Shown piece by piece: positions 25,324 through 32,860 of a stretch of 38,356 nt of DNA. The DNA comes from Chloroflexota bacterium (lineage in GTDB: Bacteria; Chloroflexota; Dehalococcoidia; Lucifugimonadales; Australimonadaceae). The notes under the pieces were generated by a model. The model saw only the letters and a program-made list of their open reading frames with translations, made no database searches and was not told where the DNA came from. The translations under genes and the position numbers were made by a program. Every line of letters begins with the position of its first letter. The first letter of the stretch is position 1. The stretch lies in NCBI GenBank assembly GCA_026713505.1, contig JAPOOH010000387.1:1-38356 (forward strand). Reading direction: 5' to 3'.

Positions 25324-26997
25324 ATGAGTCTCCGTCCACGCCGACCCACCTCAGAAGACGACGCGGCACGCGGCACGCGGATGCCGCCGGGCATTCGGGG
25401 GCCACTCGCATACGTGGGCACCTTGCGAGGGGCTTTGGTGACCGTTGGCATCTTCGCGTCAGCGGTCGGTCTCGCGACTGCCGCCGTGTTGCCCGAGTTG
25501 AGAAGCCTTGGGCTGGGGATATTCGCAAGCGGCGCCGCTGCTTTGACTTTCCTTGCCATGGCCACATTGATGCGGCCATATCACAGGGTGGCGCGCCGTA
25601 CACAGCGGTACGAGCTCGCGTCGCTCGTGTCGGTGCTGGCGCTCACGGGAATAGTGGCGCTCTTCAACTACGTCATCGTGCAGAGCGACGTGGTCGCGGA
25701 CCTGACCGCAAGCGAACAGTACACCCTGGCCCCGCAAACACTGGACACCCTCACGGAACGGCTTGACGCTCCCGTAGAGGCGACCGCGTTCATCGTCGAC
25801 GACTCCAATGCGGTGACACCCCTCGAAGCGCTGATAGCTGAGAGAATGGTGGACTACCTGCGTGAGTTCGAACGAAGGTCGGGCGGGCGATTCTCCTACC
25901 AGGTCATAGACCCGGAACGATTCCCGGACATCGCGTACAGCAAGGAAGTCACGCAGTGGCCCTCGGTGGTGTTCGAAAATGCCAATGCAGGGACGCGCCA
26001 GAAGGTCGTGGCCACCTCCAACCCCGAGCAGGAATTCCTTACCGCTCTTCTGGTAGTCCTGGGGCTCAGCCAGAAGTCCATCTATGTATTGGACGGCTAC
26101 TCATCGTGGGACCTGACCGATCAGAACGACCCTGATGCCCCACAGACGTTGGGTTTCGCGCTCCGAGGTCTGGAAGGCGATAGCTACAACGTGGGGGTCC
26201 TGAACCTCATTGAGGACCCTCGCATCCCCGACGATGCATCGCTGATCATCGCCGCTGCGCCGGACCATGAATTGGGGATCGAAGACGGCACGGCGCTGAA
26301 CGCCTACCTGGAAGGAGGAGGCAGATTGCTCGCGCTTTTGCAACCGGATCTCCCTGGTTCATGGCGCGCGCTGATCGCACGATGGGGCATCGACGCCCTG
26401 GAGGGTTACGTCATTGACCCCGACAGCCACGTCGCCGGCTCCGAGTGGGTGCCGCTCGTGGGGAACGAGGGGTACGCGTCCACCGAGGTTACTTCTGAGG
26501 CGAGCACCACTTTCTTCCCCAGCCTCGCCCCACTCTGGGTGGTCCGCGCGCCGGAGGATATGCCCACTCTGGTGGACCTGAAACCCATAGCTCTCACCTC
26601 GGAGAACAGCTTCGCGTCCGACAGAATCGAGCGCGTACGGAGGCTGTCCACCGACCTCGGCGGCCCGTTCATGGTGGGAGTTATCGCCCGCGTGCGCGGG
26701 CCGGTGGACCGGCCTGTCCCTGCATCCGCGCCAGTCACCACCGTTGGCGTGTTCGGCGATGCTGACTTCGTCTCCAACCGCTACTTCTACGCTTTTTCCA
26801 ACAGCGACCTGTTCCTGAATACTGTCAACCACATAGCCGGAGATGACGCACTGGTCTCGATACGGCCCAAGCCAACGGTGTTTCGAGAGATGGCCATGAC
26901 TCCTCGCGAGTTGGAAATCGTTCGCTATATCGGCTGGTTCCTGCTCCCGCTTCTGGTCGCGCTCTTTGGTTCTGCCGTGTGGTGGGTGCGGCGCTAG
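25324..26997 (+). CDS. GldG-like ABC-transport auxiliary protein
   Basis: 557-aa ORF with N-terminal TM segments, a large soluble region carrying the GldG-type FGDADFVSNRYF motif, and a C-terminal TM anchor (YIGWFLLPLLVALFGSAVWWV). Confidence 0.75.
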   Translation: MSLRPRRPTSEDDAARGTRMPPGIRGPLAYVGTLRGALVTVGIFASAVGLATAAVLPELRSLGLGIFASGAAALTFLAMATLMRPYHRVARRTQRYELASLVSVLALTGIVALFNYVIVQSDVVADLTASEQYTLAPQTLDTLTERLDAPVEATAFIVDDSNAVTPLEALIAERMVDYLREFERRSGGRFSYQVIDPERFPDIAYSKEVTQWPSVVFENANAGTRQKVVATSNPEQEFLTALLVVLGLSQKSIYVLDGYSSWDLTDQNDPDAPQTLGFALRGLEGDSYNVGVLNLIEDPRIPDDASLIIAAAPDHELGIEDGTALNAYLEGGGRLLALLQPDLPGSWRALIARWGIDALEGYVIDPDSHVAGSEWVPLVGNEGYASTEVTSEASTTFFPSLAPLWVVRAPEDMPTLVDLKPIALTSENSFASDRIERVRRLSTDLGGPFMVGVIARVRGPVDRPVPASAPVTTVGVFGDADFVSNRYFYAFSNSDLFLNTVNHIAGDDALVSIRPKPTVFREMAMTPRELEIVRYIGWFLLPLLVALFGSAVWWVRR

Positions 26998-27001
26998 CGG
27001 C

Positions 27002-27532
27002 ATGGCCAGGAGCGCGATCTCACTGCTGATCGGACTGGCCGTAATAGGTGCGTACGTGCTCGCACAGGTGCTGAACGAGGACCCGCTACCGGTCCCCACA
27101 GAGACATTCATCTACTCCATCAATGAAAGAGACATCACCAGCGTGGAGATCACCCACAACGGGGATACGCGGCGATTCGAATGGGACGAGAGATCAGGTG
27201 AATGGGTGTTCGACGATGTAGAACGCTCGCCGGTGGCGCAGGACCGATGGGGTGGCATCCCGCTCCTGCTCTCCGGGCCTCGTGTGCAGCGCGTGCTCTC
27301 CGTAGACCAGGCGGACCTTTGGCGCTACGGGCTCGACGAACCTCTGACATCGATCAGGCTTGGCTTGTCGGACGGGCTGCGGCTCACAGTCCATGTCGGC
27401 ATACCCTCTCCTGACGGCGAGAACGATTACGTCGTGAGGGAAGGCTCACCGCAGATCGTCCTCGTCGATCGGAGCTGGCACGAGGTATTGGCCAGGCTCG
27501 TAACCGCCCCGCCGTTCGCGTCTAGACCTTGA
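27002..27532 (+). CDS. DUF4340-like membrane-anchored protein
   Basis: ATG 27002 ([24 protein letters not shown] anchor). The rest shows a DUF4340-like pattern ([27 protein letters not shown] ... [17 protein letters not shown] ... [15 protein letters not shown]). This is the usual position after gldG-like genes. Its 3' end overlaps the convergent ATPase gene by 11 nt. Confidence 0.6.
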   Translation: MARSAISLLIGLAVIGAYVLAQVLNEDPLPVPTETFIYSINERDITSVEITHNGDTRRFEWDERSGEWVFDDVERSPVAQDRWGGIPLLLSGPRVQRVLSVDQADLWRYGLDEPLTSIRLGLSDGLRLTVHVGIPSPDGENDYVVREGSPQIVLVDRSWHEVLARLVTAPPFASRP

Positions 27533-28544
27533 TGCAAGCCGCCCAGTGCCCCGGAGTCACCTCTCGCAACCCCGGCATCGCGGCCCGGCATTCTTCCGTC
27601 ATCAGGGGACAACGAGGGTGGAAGACACAGCCGATGGGCGGGTTCAGCGGACTTGGAATCTCACCCTTGACGAGCATGCGTTTGCGCGTCGCTTCGATGC
27701 GCGGGTCGGGGATCGGCACTGCGGACAGCAGTGCTTGGGTATAGGGGTGCAAGGGATTCGCGTAGAGCTCTTCACTCGGCGCGATCTCGACGATGTGCCC
27801 TAGGTACATCACAGCGATGCGGTCTGCGATGTGCCGGACGACCGACAGGTCATGGGCGATGAAGAGGTAAGTGAGATTGAACTCTTCCTGAAGCTCCTCG
27901 AAGAGGTTGATGACCTGAGCCTGGATCGAGACGTCCAGGGCAGAAACAGGCTCGTCGCAGACGATGAAAGAGGGGTTGAGCGCCAGGGCACGAGCAATGC
28001 CGATCCGTTGCCGCTGGCCTCCGCTGAACTCATGCGGGAAGCGATTTCCCATGGAAGGGTTGAGCCCGACCACGTTGAACAATTCAGCGACACGCTCCTG
28101 CCTCTCCGCCTTACTGGCCACAGAGCGGTGCACGACCATAGGCTCGCCGATGATCTGGCCTGCAGTCATGCGCGGGTTGAGCGAGCTGTACGGGTCCTGG
28201 AAGACGATCTGCATGCGCTCCCGCATCTTTCGCATCTCTTCCGCGTGGATGGTCGTCAGGTCCCTGCCCTCGAAGACAACCTGACCACCGGTTGGCTTGA
28301 AGAACTGCAGGATGGCTCTGCCAGTTGTGGTCTTCCCGCAGCCGGATTCACCCACCAGCCCCAACGTCTCGCCGCGTTTGACAAAGAAGCTCACGTCGTC
28401 GATGGCCTTGATGTGCCCGACTGTCTTCGGAAACAACGCTCCCGCCGTGACGGGGAAATACATCTTGAGCCCGCGCACGTCCAGCAGGACATCCTCTCCG
28501 CCGTCTGCGCCTGCTCCACCCGTGCCCTCAGCCTGAGCCTGCAT
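27522..28544 (-). CDS. ABC transporter ATP-binding protein, OppF/DppF-like
   Basis: 340-aa ORF with Walker [10 protein letters not shown], signature FSGGQRQR and Walker [13 protein letters not shown]. It has the oligopeptide-type C-terminal extension ([12 protein letters not shown]...CVFHPRCP). GAGGAG lies 6 nt upstream. Confidence 0.9.
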   Translation of the reverse strand: MQAQAEGTGGAGADGGEDVLLDVRGLKMYFPVTAGALFPKTVGHIKAIDDVSFFVKRGETLGLVGESGCGKTTTGRAILQFFKPTGGQVVFEGRDLTTIHAEEMRKMRERMQIVFQDPYSSLNPRMTAGQIIGEPMVVHRSVASKAERQERVAELFNVVGLNPSMGNRFPHEFSGGQRQRIGIARALALNPSFIVCDEPVSALDVSIQAQVINLFEELQEEFNLTYLFIAHDLSVVRHIADRIAVMYLGHIVEIAPSEELYANPLHPYTQALLSAVPIPDPRIEATRKRMLVKGEIPSPLNPPIGCVFHPRCPLMTEECRAAMPGLREVTPGHWAACIKV

Positions 28545-28556
28545 GTTGTCTCCTCT

Positions 28557-29558
28557 TCAACAGCTGTGGGAAGACACCGGCGGCAGCTGATCGCTCACCC
28601 AACACGCTGAGGAGTGCCCGTCGCCGGCATCGACCAGGGGAGGAATGTCCGCGCTGCAACGTTCGATAGCGAACGGACAGCGCGGACGGAAGGAACATCC
28701 CCCAGGGAGGTTGCTCAGATCGGGGGGCTGTCCCTCTATCGGCTGCAGTTTGGCGGTGCGCGCCTGGTCAGGGCGCGGGACGGAGTTCATCAGCCCTCGC
28801 GTGTAGGGATGCCTGGGATCGATGTAGACCTGCTCCGCCGTTCCGCCTTCCACCACGCGTCCCGCATACATGATGTTCACAGAGTCCGCATATCGCGCAA
28901 CCACGCCCAGGTTGTGCGTGATGATGATGAGCGCCATACCGAACTCAAGGGTCAGGTTTTTCATGAGTTCGAGTATCTGGGCCTGTATCGTTACGTCCAG
29001 GGCCGTGGTGGGCTCATCAGCGATCACCACCTTCGGTTGGCAGGAGAGCGCGAGTGCAAGCATCACCCTCTGGCGCATTCCGCCACTGAGATGATGTGGG
29101 TATTGACTGAATCGCCGTTCCGCATCCGTGATCTCCACCAACTCCAACAGTTCGATCACCCTGGCCTTCGCCTGCCGCCCGTTCATGCCCATGTGCAATT
29201 CGAGGATCTCAGAGAGCTGCCGCCCCACCGTCAACAGTGGGTTGAGGGATGTCATGGGCTCTTGGAAGACCATGGATATCTGCTTGCCTCGGACCTGGCG
29301 CATCTCCGAGTTAGAAAGCTTAAGCAGGTTGGTTCCATTGAAGAGCACCTGGCCGCTGCGCACTCTGCCCGCCGACGATAGAAGGCCCATGATGGAAAGT
29401 GCGCTCACGCTCTTGCCACAGCCGGACTCGCCAACGATCGCAAGCGTTTCGCCCAGATCAACTCCGTAAGACACACCGTCTACAGCTCTCACGATGCCTG
29501 AATCGGTCGTGAACTCGACGTGTAGGTCGTCAACCTCCAGCAAGCGCACCATCGGCAT
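28557..29558 (-). CDS. ABC transporter ATP-binding protein, OppD/DppD-like
   Basis: The ORF is open to 29600. ATG 29558 (MPMVRLLEVDDLHVEF) has GGGAGAAAGGA immediately upstream. It has Walker A GESGCGKSV, signature LSGGMRQR, Walker B VVIADEPTTALD and a C-terminal HPYTRGLMNSVP...CSFRPRCP. Confidence 0.9.
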   Translation of the reverse strand: MPMVRLLEVDDLHVEFTTDSGIVRAVDGVSYGVDLGETLAIVGESGCGKSVSALSIMGLLSSAGRVRSGQVLFNGTNLLKLSNSEMRQVRGKQISMVFQEPMTSLNPLLTVGRQLSEILELHMGMNGRQAKARVIELLELVEITDAERRFSQYPHHLSGGMRQRVMLALALSCQPKVVIADEPTTALDVTIQAQILELMKNLTLEFGMALIIITHNLGVVARYADSVNIMYAGRVVEGGTAEQVYIDPRHPYTRGLMNSVPRPDQARTAKLQPIEGQPPDLSNLPGGCSFRPRCPFAIERCSADIPPLVDAGDGHSSACWVSDQLPPVSSHSC

Positions 29559-29602
29559 TCCTTTCTCCCTGGGTAGGCGGCAGCGAAAGGGCTCGAGCAA
29601 CT

Positions 29603-30730
29603 CTACTCGGTTGAGGCCGGTAGATTATCCCTCACATGGTCAACAACCCACCGGTAGTCCTCGGAGTCGAAACTGAGTTCCACGCTCTGCCGGTCCCATT
29701 CTTCGTCTATCCACGCCTGGAGTGCCCGACCCCTCAGTTGCTCGACCATCTTTTCGTTTTCGATCTCACGAACTGCCGGGCTGCTGATGATGCCGATCAG
29801 GTATGTGCCCGTCCGGAGGTAGACCGGGCCCAGCAATTCGCCCGGCCCGGCGCCCTCGTCGAAGAGGTATTGGTCGAGCCGGGGGAATGCACCACGAGGC
29901 ACCCATCCAACGTAACCGGGTCGACCAGGGCTTGTGAAGAACACGTCCGAGTTCAGCGAAGCGGCCACGCTCTCGAACGGCTCTCCGGCCTCGAGGAGAG
30001 CGAGTACACTCCCTACTTCCTCAAAGTCCGGAGGCAGGACGATCCAGGCAATCTCAACCTGTTCGGCCACCCTGGCAATGCGGTTCCCAAGTTCATTCCT
30101 CATCCCCTCGCGCAGTATCTGGACTCGCACGAGGTCGCGATACTCGTCGTCGCTTATCCGTCCCCTGGTCAGGAACCTGTTGTACTCCTCCTGGAACTCC
30201 TGCTCTATCCGCTCGTCGTTCGCATCAGCCGTGGTGTAGCCCGCCACGAATCTCCGACGAAGAGCGTCGTCCACGTCGTAATCGGAGATCCGGGTGCCGA
30301 ACCGCGCGGCAGCATGCCGTATCAGTTCGTCTTCCAACATGGTGCGAAGCACGTCCAGGGGATTGCCGCCAACCGTGGGTGTGCCTGTCTCCGCAAGATT
30401 GAGGCGGGCTACTGCCTGCATGCGGTCTGCCACGTCGCCGATCGTCAAGGCCGGCTCTCCGCCGATCCGTCCCACCCACACTTGCGTGGGTTGTATGTAG
30501 ACGCGGTAGTAGGAAACGGCTGGAACAACAACAATCGCAAGCAACAACGCCAGCACCAGCAGACCTACCCAATGGCGGCTGGGCGGGCGCGAGACGTCAG
30601 AGGATCCGAAGCGACGGCGCGCCGAGGCACGTCCTCCCGGTTGCCGCGGTAAGACGACCTCCTCCCGCGAAGCGCTCGAACCTACCGCCCGAGACACGTA
30701 ACGTCGGACCGCTGCTCCCAGGTGAATCAT
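29603..30730 (-). CDS. Membrane-anchored parvulin-type peptidyl-prolyl isomerase (PrsA/SurA-like)
   Basis: 375-aa ORF with an Arg-rich N-terminus, one TM segment (WVGLLVLALLLAIVVVPAV) and a SurA-N-like helical region. A PpiC-like domain follows (VEIAWIVLPPDFEEVGSVLALLEAGEPFESVAASLNSD...GYVGWVPRGAFP...LFD...GELLGPVYLRTGTYLIGIIS). Confidence 0.7.
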   Translation of the reverse strand: MIHLGAAVRRYVSRAVGSSASREEVVLPRQPGGRASARRRFGSSDVSRPPSRHWVGLLVLALLLAIVVVPAVSYYRVYIQPTQVWVGRIGGEPALTIGDVADRMQAVARLNLAETGTPTVGGNPLDVLRTMLEDELIRHAAARFGTRISDYDVDDALRRRFVAGYTTADANDERIEQEFQEEYNRFLTRGRISDDEYRDLVRVQILREGMRNELGNRIARVAEQVEIAWIVLPPDFEEVGSVLALLEAGEPFESVAASLNSDVFFTSPGRPGYVGWVPRGAFPRLDQYLFDEGAGPGELLGPVYLRTGTYLIGIISSPAVREIENEKMVEQLRGRALQAWIDEEWDRQSVELSFDSEDYRWVVDHVRDNLPASTE

Positions 30731-30840
30731 TCCCTCGCCCCAGGCCGATGGACGCGCAAGTTCGAGTCACGTGACGCGCTCCGTCTCAGTTGGCATCGTG
30801 GAGGTCGCCCTGCAACTGGGAGCGTGTGAATCGGTACACG

Positions 30841-30915
30841 TGGCACCCCCGGGGAGACTCGAACTCCCGCCACCGGCTCCGGAGGCCGGTGCTCTATCCA
30901 CTGAGCTACGGGGGC
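30841..30915 (-). tRNA. tRNA-Arg: tRNA-Arg (anticodon CCG), CCA encoded
   Basis: The reverse complement folds as a cloverleaf: GCCCCCG TA GCTC AGTGGATA GAGC A CCGGC CTCCGGA GCCGG TGGC GGGAG TTCGAGT CTCCC CGGGGGT G CCA. The acceptor stem is 7 bp (with a G1-U pair), T33 and G37 flank the anticodon CCG, and the T-loop is TTCGAGT. Confidence 0.95.
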
Positions 30916-30923
30916 ATGCGCTC

Positions 30924-30951
30924 AGTATAGCGTACATGGGGAACGTCTGAA
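30924..30951 (-). promoter_or_regulatory. Candidate promoter for tRNA-Arg
   Basis: On the minus strand: TTCAGA (30951-30946), 16-nt spacer, TATACT (30929-30924). The -10 element ends 8 nt before the mature tRNA 5' end. Confidence 0.35.
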
Positions 30952-31149
30952 CTCATCGGACGTCTACTCCAACGCTCGCCGAACTTCATCCAGTTTGAGG
31001 AGCCCTCCACCGTGCGTACACAAGGCATTGTCAGCAACGTTGGCGTATCGCTCGATGGGGCGTGATGGTGTATGCTTACACGGAGCGCTCCGAGAGAGCG
31101 CCGGAATCAGCCATGCACCGAAGCGGCTGTACAAGCGCGTCGAAAACTA

Positions 31150-31178
31150 TTGACCTGCGTTTGCCGCCTCACTATGAT
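31150..31178 (+). promoter_or_regulatory. Candidate sigma70-type promoter for the collagen-like lipoprotein gene
   Basis: TTGACC (31150-31155), 17-nt spacer, TATGAT (31173-31178). It lies about 100 nt upstream of ATG 31278. Confidence 0.45.
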
Positions 31179-31277
31179 TCATGGCGATTGTTCGTAAAGG
31201 ACTTGATGGTGGTGGGCTTCACAGGAGAGAAGCTGACCTCCAGATGGCCACCTCGTACGATTTGGAAAGGGGGTTCG

Positions 31278-31820
31278 ATGAACCGCTTCAGCCTCAAGAG
31301 CATGTCCCTGGTACTCCTCGTGGCAATCTTCGGTCTGGTGTTGGCCGCATGCACGGGTCCTGATGGCCCCGCTGGCCCCGCTGGCGCTGCTGGCGCTGCT
31401 GGCCCTGCTGGCCCACAAGGCCCTGCCGGTGCAGACGGTGCAGACGGTGCAGACGGTGCCGCTGGTGCGGATGGTAGCCCCGGTGCTCCCGGTGCTCCCG
31501 GTGCTCCCGGTATTCCCGGCGTCCCGGGCGTTGACGGCGACTCGTCCACTGCGGGCGTTGAGCTTATGCGCAACAACTTCTCGGCTGACCTGCCAGTCAG
31601 CACGACTGCCGTGCTAACCGGCTTCGAGCCCGGCGAGAACGTCGAAGTAACCCTTATGGCCGGCGACGGCAGTTCGACATCGCTTGGTTCAGCAACCGCG
31701 AATGACGGTGGAATAGCGGACGTCGATGTCAGGCACGACGGCTTGGCCGCAGGCACGTACGCGGTCGAGGCTGTCGGCGACGGCGGTGGCAAGGCCAGCG
31801 CCGCGATCTTCGTCAAGTAA
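31278..31820 (+). CDS. Collagen-like triple-helix-repeat lipoprotein
   Basis: The ORF-track start at 31062 is an implausible extension. ATG 31278 has GGAAAGGGGG upstream and gives MNRFSLKSMSLVLLVAIFGLVLAAC (signal peptide plus lipobox LAAC). Then come 21 uninterrupted G-X-Y triplets and a C-terminal domain of about 90 aa (VELMRNNFSADLPVSTTAVLTGFEPGENVEVTLMAGDG...YAVEAVGDGGGKASAAIFVK). Confidence 0.8.
   Translation: MNRFSLKSMSLVLLVAIFGLVLAACTGPDGPAGPAGAAGAAGPAGPQGPAGADGADGADGAAGADGSPGAPGAPGAPGIPGVPGVDGDSSTAGVELMRNNFSADLPVSTTAVLTGFEPGENVEVTLMAGDGSSTSLGSATANDGGIADVDVRHDGLAAGTYAVEAVGDGGGKASAAIFVK
31356..31544 (+). repeat. Coding tandem repeat (G-X-Y triplets; 9-bp DNA units)
   Basis: The protein reads GPD GPA GPA GAA GAA GPA GPQ GPA GAD GAD GAD GAA GAD GSP GAP GAP GAP GIP GVP GVD GDS. 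At the DNA level there are perfect 9-bp triplications: GGTGCAGAC x3 (31428-31454) and GGTGCTCCC x3 (31482-31508). Confidence 0.9.
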
Positions 31821-31838
31821 CCCCCCCAACCAGCAGGT

Positions 31839-31883
31839 ACAACAAGAAGAGGCCCGGATACGTCCGAGGCCTCTTCTTGTTGT
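31839..31883. terminator. Bidirectional intrinsic-terminator-like hairpin
   Basis: A perfect 16-bp stem, ACAACAAGAAGAGGCC (31839-31854) with GGCCTCTTCTTGTTGT (31868-31883), encloses a 13-nt loop. The 3' arm is T-rich on both strands. It lies 19 nt after the collagen-like gene stop and 125 nt after the crcB stop. Confidence 0.6.
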
Positions 31884-32007
31884 GCCCGGAACAGGCCACT
31901 CAGGAAGGCCAGTCTCTGGCGTTGCGGCGGGTGCCAGCGAAGCTCCGAAGCTATGACTGCTCCTGGAACGCTCCAGGAAGACGGCGGCGGCGATCCCCGG
32001 ACAAGTC

Positions 32008-32385
32008 CTACAAGACTCGAGCGGCTGCATAGCCGACTGCGACAGCGGCGAGGCCGAGAGCGACGGTGAGGAGGACGTTCGCGGCGGCGGAGAGGTACGC
32101 GGCGTTGCGCAGGAGGGTAAGGGTGTCGTTGGTTATAGCGGAGAAGGTGGTGAACCCGCCGAGCACGCCGACGAACAGGAAGAGCCGCGCACCCGGTCCG
32201 AAGAGCTGGCGCGTCTCCGCGAGTCCCGCGAGGACGCCGATGAGCAGCGAGCCAACCACGTTGACGGTAAGCACTCCCCAGGGGAAAGACGGCTGGCCGG
32301 CAAGGCGCGACACGCCGAGGATGACGCCGTAGCGTGTCGCAGCCCCGATGAAGCCGCCCATGCCGACGAGGAGAAGGTCAGTCAT
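32008..32385 (-). CDS. crcB: Fluoride ion channel CrcB/Fluc
   Basis: The ORF-track start at 32586 adds an Arg/Ser/Thr-rich non-protein-like extension. ATG 32385 gives a 125-aa protein, MTDLLLVGMGGFIGAATRYG ... GGFTTFSAI, with four TM segments. Confidence 0.9.
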   Translation of the reverse strand: MTDLLLVGMGGFIGAATRYGVILGVSRLAGQPSFPWGVLTVNVVGSLLIGVLAGLAETRQLFGPGARLFLFVGVLGGFTTFSAITNDTLTLLRNAAYLSAAANVLLTVALGLAAVAVGYAAARVL

Positions 32386-32860
32386 GGCCGCGGGGCTGGG
32401 TCCTGCGGAACGTGAGCGGATCGTGCTGCTCGCTGCCGTAGAAACGGAGCCAGAAGTCGCTCTTGCCGGGGAAGTCCATGTAGAGGCCGAGGTGCGCCCC
32501 CCCGAGGACGTGGAGGTGGCCGTGCGGCTGAGACTGCATCGCGTCAACACCGAAGTTGGAGACGATGCGGAATCCGCTGGGCGCATCGGACTCGCCGAGT
32601 TGCACGGCGAGTTGAGCCGCGCGGGGGAAGAGTGTCGAGTGCCAGAACTCGCGCTGGCTCATGTGCATGACGGGCGCGACGAGATACATGATCGGCGCCC
32701 AGTCCAATGCGTTTTCGAATGCGATGAGCTCGTCATCCTGGTAGCGGATGCGCCGGGGGAGTGCGCCCGAGGCGATGCCGCAGAAGGCACACTCGCCGGT
32801 TGTGTCGTTGGAGTACGCCGCGTCCGCGCGCGCGGCGCTGGCGTCGCCAGCCTCAGACAT
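32378..32860 (-). CDS. HIT-family (histidine triad, Hint-like) nucleotide hydrolase
   Basis: ATG 32860 gives a 160-aa protein with CAFCGI (CxxC) and the histidine triad PHGHLHVLGG. Its start overlaps the upstream stop as ATGTCTGA, and its stop overlaps the crcB start as ATGACTGA. Confidence 0.85.
   Translation of the reverse strand: MSEAGDASAARADAAYSNDTTGECAFCGIASGALPRRIRYQDDELIAFENALDWAPIMYLVAPVMHMSQREFWHSTLFPRAAQLAVQLGESDAPSGFRIVSNFGVDAMQSQPHGHLHVLGGAHLGLYMDFPGKSDFWLRFYGSEQHDPLTFRRTQPRGHD

Noticed and set aside
30766-30775. Perfect 10-bp palindrome GTCACGTGAC, flanked by direct GACGCGC repeats, about 40 bp upstream of the PPIase start. Considered as an operator.
   Set aside because: It is a single short occurrence with no second copy in the window and no adjacent promoter elements that I could recognise. 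That is too little evidence to call a site.
31062-31277. 72-aa N-terminal extension of the collagen-like gene (track start 31062), and the antisense 214-aa ORF 31172-31816.
   Set aside because: The extension contains the promoter candidate and has no signal-peptide logic. ATG 31278 has an SD and yields a textbook lipoprotein signal peptide. The antisense ORF is the mirror of the Gly/Ala/Pro repeat.
31356-31544. Short tandem DNA repeats, considered as a CRISPR array or non-coding microsatellite.
   Set aside because: The units are 9 bp with no spacers, in frame, and encode G-X-Y triplets of an expressed-looking lipoprotein. This is a coding repeat, not a CRISPR array.
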